A stretch of 64,000 bases of DNA from Pavona decussata (taxonomy: Eukaryota): contig CDRNST010000088.1 of assembly GCA_977016875.1 (NCBI GenBank), positions 2,790,001-2,854,000 on the forward strand. Reading direction: 5' to 3'. The notes beneath the pieces are model-generated. The model did not search any database. It was not told the DNA's origin and saw only the letters and a program-made list of their open reading frames with translations. Positions 1-11,870 of the stretch are shown here, one piece after another. Each line of letters starts with the position of its first letter. Position 1 is the stretch's first letter. A program made the translations under genes and the position numbers.

Positions 1-59
1 AAGAAATTAAAATTTTTCGTTATCTCTGAATGAGAGTTCTGTACAATAAATTCCTCTTG

Positions 60-1160
60 AGAAAGGCTAATAACAGGAGATAACTGGTGCGGATTAATAG
101 CCACTTCCTCACCTCTCACCTCGCACTCTGTCGTCAGGGTTTCCAACATTTTTCTCTTGGTTGAAATGTCAGTCCTGCTATAGCTCCGAATGCTGGATTC
201 ATTTCTGTGCCCGCTCACCGCCATGATATGCCTTGCTTCGAACCCGGACTTGTCCAGGATTGTAACCGCCGTTGCCCTGATCGAGTGATTGGTGTAACAC
301 TTTGAAAGTTTGGCTTCTCGAGAGATCCTTTTCATTTTTTCACCGAGCAAACGCTCTCCGACAACCATGTTATCGTACCACACTTGATCAGATATGCCGG
401 GGTTTTTCTTCGGCCGCTAAACCAAAAATTCGTTTGAGGGATTCAGGTGCTGTATGTACCGTTCAAATGAAGCCACAGGACAGTGTGGTCCTGGTTTCTC
501 GAACATCACGCCTCCTTCAAATCCTTCATCATTTTCTCGTCGGTTCTTTGTGAGTTCATCTGTTGTTTTGCACACATATTTTGCACCTTTGCCATCCGTG
601 CTGAATGAAAAATCAGCTTTTTTGAGTTCACGAAGATTTTGCCTTCCTCGGCGACAAAAGTACAACATAACCTCGAAAAAAACTTTGTTTTGAAGCGTTT
701 CCGGACTGTTTTGGTTAAAAACATCGCTTTCGTACAGCTTTTTAAGATCTTCTTCGCAGATCGGTGGCGTGTGTTCGACTTTGGCGAGCCCTTGTCGTTT
801 TAGTTCAACGCACTTGGCGCCAAAAACTTTGTTTGCCTCGGCAAATGCTGGATCGTTTATTATATCGAAGCCAAGAGTCGCCTTGAAGTGTCTGCCCAGT
901 CCAAATCTCAGGCTGTTGAGAGTGCTTTTGGAATAAGAAGTTCCATCGACTTTTCTAGCCTTGGCATAAAATAGTTTGAGAACGTTACTGATGCCATCTT
1001 TGGTTTGCGGTTCGGGAACTTTCTTCTCCTTCAAATACTGCTGTAAAACTCTAAGAGCTGTCTTGGTAGCTCGTTTGGTGTTCTTTGCGTCCTTGTCGTC
1101 AACAAGGCGTCCTAAATCCGCTTCTGAGACTGATGCGAATCTTGGAGCGGACTCCGCCAT
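60..1160 (-). pseudogene. Crypton-type (CryptonA/DUF3504, KCTD1/ZMYM-like) tyrosine recombinase, disrupted
   Basis: ORF 417-1241 (MAESAPRFASVSE...KNTKRATK...FYAKARKVDG..YSKSTL..LRFGL..H...CRRGRQNLREL...CPVASF). After a stop and frameshift near 417 the minus strand continues WYDNMVVG...YTNHSIRATAVTILD...IMAVSGHRNESSIRSY, giving the R...HxxR...H...Y catalytic set. Confidence 0.85.
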
Positions 1161-1508
1161 GACAATCTTGCTCAAACCGCCGGCTAGCTTGTCAGGTGAC
1201 GAAAACCATTGTCTGCAAAAACGGGTCATACCTACATGCATAAACGCCAGTGTCTGTAGATGTGACGCGATGACACAGCACCATCTAGAATTAGCGGGGT
1301 GCTTTTAGCCAATCAAAATTGAGATAGCATCAGCATTGTATAATAATAAGGGTTAAAGGACCAGTCTTTGCAGAAGAGCGTAGGCTATAGGATTTTTCAT
1401 TTGTTCCTGCAATGTGTTATGTCCCCTTCCCTAAATTCTACATTTTATGCCCCATTACATTTATTGTGTGTCCAGAAAAATAAAGCTGTGTCATCAAAAT
1501 AAATTCAG

Positions 1509-2732
1509 CTATTTTACTTTATTGAAAGTATTGCTCCAGAGTGGGGGCTCAATACCAAAGTAATCGCTGGCATTATTACCATAAAGGCATGTTATGGCAT
1601 TACGAAGTAGTGCGCACACAGCATACATTTTGCCGACACTGCTTACGCCGATCTTCAAATTCTTGTTAAAGTCAAGAAATTTGAAAAAATTAATGACATC
1701 ACCGAAAAGCCATTCCACTGAAATTTTTAATGCGCTCATGGCTTTGTTGTAACCCTGCATCATGGGTGCAAGTGGGACTTGACGAAACGGGGTTTGAAGA
1801 TGCACACGGAGAGGGTACGCCAAATCTCCATATATACACATGGGTTGACCTGCTGGAGAAAAGGCATACTGTTGAAGGTCACGCAATAGTCCAGAATCTG
1901 CCAACATCCCAGCGTCGTGTTTACGCCCCTCTTAAATGAAGGAAAAAAAGGAGGTGAGAATAGAAATTGTTTGGGAAGTTTGTATAACTTGTATAGTAAT
2001 TGATAACATCTTGTTATCGATTTGTGGTTAATGAAGTTCATTTTTATTACTATTGAAAAGAAAATCAAATTAAAAACTCACAACCGGTCCATATAAGTTT
2101 CCAATGAGTCCATTTGGTAGGGACAGGGATTGGAATTTCAGGGCATGGACCCTTTTACGTCCATTATAAACACTTCTCTGATGTTCACCAGGTCTTGAAA
2201 TGGGTCGCACTGTCCCATCGATGAAACCAAAACAATTCTTGAGGGGGGGCGCCTTTTCCTGATATGGCATCTACATAACGTTGTAAAGCCCCAGGATTCA
2301 GGAGATCTTGATTCCATTGAGTTAGAAGGTGGCCGTGAACGTCAAAGATATAGTCCATGATCATGATCAAACTTATGACAGAAACTGGTCGGCTAAATCG
2401 CGGAATCATATCACTGAGTCGGCATGGATAGCCAACTCGTTTGAGAAGCATACATAAGCCTTCTTTGTCATCGCAAATACTCCTCTGCTCGCATTTAAAC
2501 ACCGGTGGTAGTTGGAGTGCTGCAGCAAGGCGAGGGAGGTCTTGCTTCTCGACAACTCTGCTTTGCATTCAGCGGAGTTCATAGAATCCAGATGGAATCG
2601 TTCGTCGTTTCCATGAGGGAAGTCTGGATTTTTTGAACTGAAAGTATCGTAAAGCGATAAAAATTCTTCATTTGAAACAATGTTGTCTGCGCAGAGAAGT
2701 ATGAGCAGCTCACGAAATTCCTTAAAGGACAT
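1509..2732 (-). pseudogene. PIF/Harbinger-superfamily (DDE_Tnp_4, HARBI1-like) transposase, frameshifted, with one intron at about 1933-2081
   Basis: Fragments EGLCMLLKRVGYPCRLSDMIPRF, GFIDGTVRPISRP..QRSVYNGRKRVHALKFQ, GRKHDAGML, IYGDLAYP and SVEWLFG (DDE triad). GTGAGT...TTTAAG intron. Confidence 0.85.
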
Positions 2733-3399
2733 TTTCTCTGTCCACTTAAACTGGAAGAGACTTGTCCTCGTAGCTGTAGCCGGCGCAGTCTGCTAAATGC
2801 TTATGTTTCCCGCCGTGAACGACCATCTCGTTCCAGGACCCACTCGGTTAAACAAGACCTCGTCCATGTTCTCGGCGTCGGTGCTAAAGGTCCATAATTA
2901 TTTGCGTTTTACGGTATTTGAGTCTACAAAGATGCCTGATTTGAAAGTCACGATCTTTTGTGAGATTAAGTCACATTCAACTAAAATGGAGTTTTTAGCT
3001 GATGTCAAGTTTATCTCTACATGTATGTATGTCCCAAAAAAATTTTCCTACTGTAGAGCAAAAGAAATATGCACAGTAAAATTAAAACGAATACAGTTCA
3101 TGCATGTCACAGCGTAGGCTTCGGGTGATACAGCGTAATGTTTATCTTACTATACGTACGTCATGAAATTTCCATGTTCCTTTCGTTCGAAAATTCCTTG
3201 ATGTTTCCTCTTGGTCATGCCAAAATTCTTCGCTATTTTGCTCGTTCGAAACTCCGTTTCATAGAGAACTTTCAAAGAAACATCGCAAAATATCGTTCAA
3301 AATTTCCTTGAAAATTTGTGAGAACAAAGGACGAATTTCGCTCCCATTACTTTTGCACAGCACTGTACTTCTGGGGGCTGTGCATCCAGACCAAGGGTA

Positions 3400-4290
3400 G
3401 TACTCGTGCCCTGAACCTGAGGCGTTACATGGCCCTTTGTGGATAGAACAACAGGGTTTTCCAGCTATTCTAACTCAACCCCGCCAGTATCATCAGCCCC
3501 TGCTGAGTTGGCTGTAGCACATCTCTTGGGTCTGATCGAGCTGCTTCTCTGAAAGTGGTTGCTGGACGACGTTTCCCATGGACTGCCGGCGGAGTAAAAC
3601 ATGGTTTCAGGTAATTGAAATGGACCACCTTTCTGTTGGGTCGCTCCCCCGGTTTCCACCTCTCCTCTTCAATGCGATAGGTAACATCAAACAGGGCTTT
3701 CACAATTTTCCAACGACCACACCAAGGCTTAAGGAATTTCTTCCTCCTTGTCCTGGCTCGGCTTTTATACCAGACTCGGTCTCCTACATGAAACCCCTGA
3801 CCATGGCACTTGAAGTTTCCTCCAGTTACTTCCTCTGCTGATCAACATAATCGGGATAACTCTGCCCCCCTTTCTGGGGCGGTGACGTCTCGGGCTTCAG
3901 TACTGCGCCAAGAGGCAAAATAGCTTCCCGGCCAAACATTAGACAGTAAGTGGTAAATCCAGTTGACTCGTGCCACTGGTTTTGTACGCAAAAATCGATT
4001 TTGGCACAAAGTCCACCCAGTCCCTGCCATGGTCAGAAATCAATTTGCACAAATTACCAGTGATTTTTTCAGCCTCTCCACTTGCCCATCCCCCTGAGGA
4101 TGATATGGAGTCATTCGAGTTTTTGCTGCATCGATTAAATCACACAGTCCCTTGAGGACAGCTCCATCCACATTGGCTCCCTGATCAGAATGTAAGCTCT
4201 CGAAGCAGCCAAAACAATATATGTACTCGTTCATCACTTTCTTTGCAAGTGTTACAGCTGAAGTGTTCCTCACGGGAAAAGCTTGGCATG
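3400..4290 (-). mobile_element. Ty3/Gypsy LTR retrotransposon integrase fragment
   Basis: SLHSDQGANV...TPYHPQGDGQVER (rve core) and C-terminal WKIVKALFDVTYRI...VVHFNYLKPC. Confidence 0.85.
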
Positions 4291-5263
4291 TCTCCAGGGA
4301 TTTTGAGGTTGGTTGGTCTTTAGTATTTAGGGCTTCAAAGAGTTGCTAGATTCCTCCTGCTTGCATTCTCCTTCATTCCATTAATGGAACTACTTCTATT
4401 TCTAAGCGACGGGTAAATAGTATCACTAAATCTGTTGATAAGATACTCTTAAGTGATTGTTTGGTATCGGCGCAGGAGTTGGCCTCACTCATGGGTAGAA
4501 TTATTTCTGGTGGGGCGATTTTTGGTAATATTTCAAGACTCATGACGAGATATTGCTTAATTTTAGTTTCCTCGGCCCAGGATTGTGTTAGGGAACTGAA
4601 TTTTTGGGAGGCTAATTTGAAGCAATTGAATTGTAGGGCAGTGTCAGATTCTCCATATAGAATGTCTAGTTATGTAGTATATTCAGATGCAAGCGCCACA
4701 GTTCTGTGCCAATTATGGTATAGAGTTAGAGGTCCACTGGATCCCTTGCACTGAAATTGAGATAGTTGATTATATTAGTAGTATCATTGAGATTCAGGAT
4801 TGGCAGATTTCAGCCAATTGTTTCATGTCGTTAGAGGAAAGCTGGGGGGTTCATTTAGTGGATTGTTTTGCTAGTTATTATAATAACAAGGTTTCCAAGT
4901 TTTCTAGATTTTGGAACCCAGGTTGTAGCGGGGTGGATTTCTTTGTGGAATATTTGGATGGTGAGAATTACCTCGTTGTTCCTCCTGTAAGCCTTATTGC
5001 TAAAGCTATTCATTATTTGCACGTTTACAGGGCCATGGCCACTATAGTTGTGCCCTTTTGGCCGTCATCATCTTTCTGGCCCATTATTTCTAGACAATTT
5101 TCTAGATTTGAAGTAGATTGTAAGCGTTTTGGTGCTACTGCTTTAGAGGAAGGGCGTAACACCAATTCGTATTTGGGTAGTGATAGGTTCACTGCGTTCA
5201 TCTTGGCTATTCGTATGTAGTTTTCTTAAGTCTCTTTAGCTTTATTTACATGGGACACTTGTC

Positions 5264-5525
5264 CATGTATTTTTCAGTGGATAGAGGCACTGGCCCGATT
5301 TGGTATTATTATGATGTTTTTGTGGAGGTGCTTGCCGTTTTGTCATCTTTCGGTAGATAAGAGGCATGTATTTTTCAGTGGATAGAGGCACTGGCCCGAT
5401 TTGGTATTATTATGATGTTTTTGTGGAGGTGCTTGCCGTTTTGTCATCTTTCGGTAGATAAGAGGCACTGGCCTGCATTGGTATTATTATGATGTTTTTG
5501 TGGAGGTGCTTGCCGTTTTGTCATG
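5264..5525 (+). repeat. Tandem repeat, 101-bp unit, about 2.6 copies, between the DIRS pol and YR regions
   Basis: catgtatttttcagtggatagaggcactggcccg... starts at 5264 and again at 5365; a partial third copy runs to about 5525. Confidence 0.9.
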
Positions 5526-6286
5526 TTTGGGAAGAAGTATTTTTGCAGCCTGTGATTGTTTTGGCGGTCATATTTCTGTTATTTCTTTTGTTTTCTCCTT
5601 ACAGATGTTTGTCTCAGACCACAGTTGGAGGTGCATACCGGTTAGTGTAAAACCAGACTTATTTCGATATTGTTGAAGTCTAAAGCGTATTCTACAATGA
5701 AGAGATATAAAAAAGAGATTTTGAAGCTTATTGAATATTGTAATTTTTCAGGGTTTGGCCGGTGCCTCCTTTCCTGTTGCATTTATAGTTACTTATCTTT
5801 TTAGTGTTTATAAGAGTTCTAGCTCATGTGCCTCTTTAGTTATGACTAACGCAGTTCTTTATGGGTTTCACTCGTTCAGTCTAAGTAATGGCGCTAACCT
5901 GTTGTATAGTTCTATTTGTCAAAATTTGTTGGAGGCTGCTAGGCGTGATAAGCCAGTTAGTGTTAAAAAAGCGTCTGTATCTGCTGAGATTATTAAGACT
6001 ACTATTAGTAAGTTTGCTGGTCCTTCTGCTAACTTTAAGGAGATATGCACTGTTTGTACCTGCTTGTTAGGCTTTGCGGGGTTTGTTTGTTATAATGAGC
6101 TTAGTAACATTGCGCCTGTCCATCTTGAATTTTTTCCTGATTATCTTAGAGTGTTTGTTCCCAGGGCAAAAAAAGACATTTATCGCAAAGGTAATTATGT
6201 TTATATTTGGAGGTTAAATAGCAAGTATTGCCCGGTTGCCCTTTTGGAAAGGTATATTTCCATGTGTAATATTGATCTTTCCAGTT

Positions 6287-6533
6287 AAATAAAATAAATA
6301 AAAAATAAATAGATAAACCAACTTTGTTTAACTAGGGTGACACTTAACAGTCTGATAACTGACAAACCTCTGGCCATCAGATTGCAGATCGATTTAGAAT
6401 TTGGAAATGTTGGTTTTTGTGGAGGGAGGAAAACCGGAGTACCTGGAGAAAAACCCTCGGAGCAAGGACGAGAACCAACAACAAACTCAACCCACATATG
6501 ACGTTGAGTTTGTCGTGCCATCCCTGTTCCCTA
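6287..6533 (-). mobile_element. tRNA-derived SINE with V-SINE-like core, inserted in the DIRS YR gene
   Basis: Minus strand GGGTTGAGTTTGTTGTTGGTTCTCGTCCTTGCTCCGAGGGTTTTTCTCCAGGTACTCCGGTTTTCCTCCCTCC and a (TTTA)n tail. TSD cagtt at 6282-6286 and 6534-6538. Removing it restores the YR frame (IDLSSSVALFHPV). Confidence 0.85.
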
Positions 6534-7493
6534 CAGTTCAGTTGCTCTTTTCCATCCAGTATGATTTTTAAGTCCACAAATTCTTCAAAGTTATATAGAG
6601 TTAAATTATCATATACCAGATGTAGGGAAATGTTTAAAGAGTGTCTTAAGGAAATAGGGGTGGATCATAAATTGCACGGTCTTTATAGTTTAAGATCTGG
6701 TGGAGCCACCTCTGCCATTAGTTATAAACCTTAATTTTTCAGAAAAGGAACTCAAGCTTCACGGACGGTGGAAGTCTGATACGGCGAAAGATATGTATAT
6801 TCTTGAAGATGTTTCTAGGCGTTTACACGTAACTAGTCAACTTGGCTTGTAAATTAGCATTTATTTAGTCCGATTCAGTTTATTTGTGTTATTATGATTG
6901 TTGGTGTCAAATCTTGAATACAGTAAAAACCCGCATACAAGAACATGTCGATTAAGAACACCCAGGCTGAAATTTGGTAAAAAAGGAACATATTTATAAG
7001 AACACATTCAGCCTGAAAATTGAAAATTGTTCTTCTATATAAAAACTCTTCCCTTTTCAGTTTAATAGAACAAACAGTGTCTGTAGCTTTACTGTGGTAT
7101 TGCACTAAGATCTCTGTATAAATCCTAGTAATTACACCTGCTGTGTGTAGCAAATGTACAACAACTTTATTTGGAATTAAAAGTCTTTAATTACATGAAA
7201 AATATGCAATAAAATGAATGTCACCATTTTTCAAAGTGTCAGTCACATCCTTTATGCAAATATCTCACCCCAAGGATTGAAGGATTACAAGTTTTAAGTG
7301 TGGATTAAATACTTTATACAAAAACTGCCTGGTTGATAACAGATGGCTCTGATGATGTATAGATCCCATCCCAAGTACACATTTAACAAAGTCTAATGTT
7401 GTAATTTACTTTATTAAAATAAGGCTTCAGATTTAAGAAAGTAGAGGTACGTACACGTTGATTGGAATTAATTTTAATTAATAATTTTTTTAT

Positions 7494-8430
7494 CATAAAT
7501 GGCAAGCTACCTTTCCTTGGCACCGATCTACTCAACCATGCACCGCGGATTGAAACTAAGGTTTATGTGAAACCAACGAATACAGGTCTACTATTACAAT
7601 ATCAAAGCCATGTAGACAATCGCTACAAACGGAGCTTACTGACAACAATGCTTGATCGCACACACCGATTATCTTCCTCCTAGGCCTATTTCTCTGAAGA
7701 GTGTGATCACCTAAAGAACGTTTTCGCACACCTTAAATACCCCGAACGCTTGATGAATTCGACTATTAACACTTTCCTACACTCAAGAATAGTTGACCAG
7801 CAGCCCCCACAGACTCCGAAAGAACCAAGAGCCATTGTTCGTGTAGTCTTACCGTTAAATCGACAAATTATGTTAAAAAAGAACTTAAGGATCTCAGCGT
7901 AAAGGTGCAGACAACTGTCTAGCCAGTATTGGCTAGCTGGAAAATTGAGCAAGATCTAGAAGTACGCAAAACCAAGCCACAGATCGTCAACCAACAATGC
8001 GTCGTTTACCATTTTCAATGTGACCTGTGTGATGCGGATTATGTGGGCTATACGCGCGGAGACCTACACACACGTGTGGATGAACATAAACAAAAAGCAT
8101 CTTCAGTGTATAAACACTACCACGCACATTATGGCGAAGTCCTGAAAGACCTACTGAGGCGTTTTAGCATTCTGAAAAAGTGTAGAAATAAGTTCGATTG
8201 TTTGGTTAACAAAATGTTTTTCATCAGAGACCTAAAACCCACTCTGAACGTGCAAAACGACTCTATTTGTGCAAAGGTATTTATTTAATTAGCCTCAAAC
8301 ACTATATTTTAATTTATTGTTACACCTTGCCGCAGACTCTCTAATTTCTCCTTGACAATGGCGTCATGAAGACACCGAAACGTCAGTTTTTATTGTTAAT
8401 TTTTGCATGTCTCTGCATAAAAGATTTTAT
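7494..8430 (+). mobile_element. Penelope-like element 3' fragment (RT thumb plus GIY-YIG endonuclease, Penelope/Poseidon-like)
   Basis: LPFLG...VYVKPTNTGLLL...H; VVYHFQCDLCDADYVGYTRGDLHTRVDEH (GIY-YIG); ends DSICAKVFI*. Confidence 0.9.
8351..8384 (+). ncRNA. Hammerhead-ribozyme-like motif (U3-A8 core variant) in the Penelope 3' end
   Basis: TTGACAA-T-GGCGTC-ATGAA-GACACC-GAAAC: core variant, stem II and GAAA at the position usual for PLE hammerheads. Confidence 0.55.
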
Positions 8431-8449
8431 TAATCAAAACCTTGTGTAA

Positions 8450-11400
8450 CACACCATTCCACGTTACGGTCACGTATTGATCAGAAACGACAACCTCCAC
8501 ATGACCAAGCCTCCATTGTTCTAATCCCTGAGGAAGACTAGCGGATGCCAGTCGAAAGCTTGGTTGTGTAATTTATTTTTTAATGTTGTGTCTCAAGTTT
8601 AATTTTCTGTCAAAGTTATGTATTTCATCATAGTTAGTAAATCACTTACATTTTTTTAGAAGTAAAAAATTAACTATTTCTATTAACTATTTCTTTAATT
8701 AATTATTTCAGGCTTATTTCACCCAGAATACCCGATATATATGAACCCAATCAGCCTGAACCCCGACAATGGGTCAATGAGACCCCGAGAATGAGACATG
8801 GGTGATAAAAATAGTTAAAAATGGAAAATATCTCGCACATGAGGAGAAAAGATGCCCTTTTTACTCTTAGATATACAAAACCGAGCTAGTTTCACTACAC
8901 CAAGAACACTCTTTTAGAATACACCCAATAACAAGGTTTCCAGACCTCATAGAAAACACAACACAACTCAGATCAGAACATCTCCCACGCTATTGCCATT
9001 GGTCACAATCTCACAACCAATAGCAAGCCGGAATTTTCGATCCTAACCACAAGTATTTAAACAGCATGTAGAACATCTGCCACAGAATGCTCATAGCTTC
9101 TACCACACTTAAAGAATTCAACATAGCAGCAACTGACGAGGAACGCTTTAGTTCCGAAACTGCAGTCTTGCTTAAGAAAAACCATGAGTGAAAACGATCT
9201 AATGAACAACCTTACTGAGGGAAACGAAGGCAAATCTCCAACAGAGGAAGATCTGAACGAGTGCGCAGTAGACTCTGTACTTGATTCAGATGGTGAAATG
9301 ATTAGCGGCCAACAAGACCAACAACAGGGACAAAGAAAACGGCGCCACAACGATAGCCAAATCCACAGCAAAAACAACAACCACAGAAAAAACCACAGTT
9401 TCAGAGGCAAACGAGGGAAAGAAAAGCAGCTGCTCAGAAATCAAACCCGCCACAGAAGCAAAAGGAATTATGACAGAAGCCCCAAAAGCAAATGGCCACG
9501 CCAGACCGCCACCGGTGAGATCTCCACTATCCAGAGCAGAATCAAAAAATCGGAACAATCGATTGAGAAACTGAAAGCTCACATGGAGAGGAACACATGC
9601 CCTAAAGACTTGCACTACGACGCAGAAGCGAACACTGCTCCTGATGAGGAGTTTAAGAACGATATTAGAACTATAAGGAAGGAAGCGGAAAGGAAATATA
9701 TAGGCGCACTAGTTAAATACCATAACCGCCGCATCGACCGCAACAAAAACAAGTTGCGAGTTTCAAAAGCAGAGAAAGCTAAGGCAGACGCAAACCGGGC
9801 AACGGCACGCCCCCAGCCTAGCACTAGCACCAACGATAGCCTTCCAGAAAACGTACAAAATTTCGCCGTCAATCTAGAAAAGAAAATTCAAGAGATGAAT
9901 GTTATGATGAAAAAACTAGAAGAGTTAAACAATAAAAGAGTTAAAGCTTATCCATGTCTGTTATCTGAGTGTATAACTAGCAAACAACGGGGGGTTACAG
10001 TGGAAAAGCGCAAATTAAAAAACAGAAAACACACAGAAAGAAAGAGAAAAACGCAGAGAGATATAATCGCAAGAAAAACTGAGGCGAACAAAAAATACAT
10101 AAAGAACCTCAAATTTCGAAATGACAACTGACCAGATTAATCTCCTCTCACGGGGTTTAAAATTCGTACTTACGCCAACAACAAACAAAACCGCATTAAG
10201 AAAACAACTCCTAATAGATTTGGAAGAATTTGGAAGGAGAATGCGGCTCCAGTTCATCTTTCATGGCAAAGATAAAAATATCCACCCCTTCTATGTCAAA
10301 TCTAACTGGAAACCACCAATCCAGCGGTCAATTGCTCTAGAGAGTTACTAACAAGAAATAAAAATACAACTTGCGCAAATGACGATAACAAGACCAAAAA
10401 ACAACCTATTGCTGAGCGAAAGACAAGCTATTACAGAGCTAAAAAACAAACCTGAAATAAATATCAAGAAAGGTGACAAAGGTACCACCACAGTCATTTT
10501 GCACAAAGGAGAAAAAATACAAGAGGGACAAGTCCTACTGAACGACAAGAATAACTACACACCCCTCATAGAACCAATGGTGCAAAGCACTGCTCAAAAG
10601 GTAGAAAAAATAACCGAGGAACTTCATCATGAAGGCTATATTGACGAAATGACTGTGAAATGATTATCGCAGACACCTAACCCACCAAGAGTACCCGTGT
10701 TATACACTCTTACAAAGATTCACAAACCAACACCAGTTGGGCAGCCGATAATATCAGGAAATGACGGACCATCAGAGCAAATATCAGCATTCATGGACAG
10801 CATACTCCAGCCTATAGCCAAATCACAAAATTCCTATGTTAAAGACACAACAGACTTTATTAATTTCATAGAAAGGACACCCCTGCCAGAGAGTACATTT
10901 TTAGTCTCCCTAAACGTTACAAGCCTCTACACAAATATCCCACAAGAGGAAGGAATGGACACTGTATGCAAAGCATATGAGAATTTCTATGGGAACAACA
11001 CCCCCATTCCATCCCGCTCCCTAAAAGAAATCCTTAGACTTATCCTTCAAGAGAAGTTATTTGAATTCAACAGGAGAAACTCTCCAAATACACGCAACCG
11101 CAATGGGCACAGAGATGGCAGTCTCTTTTGCAAACATCTTTATGTCGGCGGTCGAGACAAATAATTAGCTTAACCAACACAAAACCACTACAGAGGAAAA
11201 GATATATCGATGACATATTTTCACTTTGGAATGTGGAGAAAAGGGAGATAGAAGACTTTATTGTCCTTGCAAACAGGCAACACCCTACCATTAAGTTCAC
11301 GGCTGAAATCTCAGACAGAGAAATAAATTTTCTAGACACAACCGTTTTCAAAGGGGAGAGATTTAACAATCAAGGAATCCTTGACATCCGCACGCATTTT

Positions 11401-11870
11401 AAAGAAACAGAGACTTTCCAGTAAGAAAAGGGCTCATAAAAGGCAAAGCCCTGAGACTTTTAAGAGCAAATTCCTCAGCGAAATCATTCAGTGAGAATAT
11501 CAACAACTTTAAAGCGCACCTTCAGGCTAGAGGCTACCCTCACAATCTCATTGAAAAAACAATTTCCGAGGTAAACTTTAATGAACGGAAGTCATCTTTG
11601 CAGCAAAGAGGTAACGTGCGAAAAAGAATTCTGCCTTTCACAACAACGTACCACCCAGCGCTGCCTTATCTCAAAAACATCTTAATGAGCAAATGGCATT
11701 TAATTCAGAACCAACCTTTGCTAAGAGAAATATGCAAAGAGCCTCCCCTTATCTCATACAGAAAAGGAAAATCCTTGGGGGATATACTTGTTATAGCAAA
11801 ACTCTGAGGTCACGTTCGGTTCCACGTTATCACCAGCTTATGAGCCGTGTTTGGCCTGTCAACACCTCTT
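8450..11870 (+). mobile_element. Penelope-like element, near full length, RT ORF 9184-11807 with frameshifts and no C-terminal GIY-YIG visible
   Basis: LSRGLKF..TP, IKKGDKG, YTLTKIHK..PVGQPIISG, YVKDTTDF, SLNVTSLYTNIP, RYIDDIF, INFLDT, ARGYP and PFTTTYHP; ends SYRKGKSLGDILVIAKL*. Confidence 0.9.
8500..8566 (+). ncRNA. Hammerhead-ribozyme-like motif in the pLTR upstream of the second Penelope-like element
   Basis: CTGAGGA (8528-8534), GACT...AGTC stem II and GAAA (8554-8557). The downstream GCTTGGT can pair with the upstream ACCAAGC. Confidence 0.6.

Larger units (their letters stand above)
4290..6875 (+). mobile_element. DIRS-order retrotransposon, 5'-truncated: RT/RNase H end, methyltransferase-like domain and tyrosine recombinase
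   Basis: ELASLMGRIIS...ELNFW...YSDAS (RNase H); VHWIP...DWQI...WGVHLVDCFASYYN...FWNPGCSGVDFF...VPP (MT-like); YR pieces 5731-6286 and 6539-6850 with FAGF, CPVALLERY, YSLRSGGAT and HGRWKSDTAKDMY. The catalytic R and H appear mutated. Confidence 0.85.

Noticed and set aside
5264-5525. Repeat array as CRISPR
   Set aside because: Whole 101-bp units are duplicated with no unique spacers; eukaryotic DIRS context; no cas genes.
6285-6577. Short ORFs often annotated as hypothetical proteins
   Set aside because: They are translations of the SINE.
9184-11807. Selenoprotein-type (Naiad) Penelope with UGA recoding
   Set aside because: Interruptions include TAA stops and frameshifts; no N-terminal GIY-YIG or SECIS recognised.
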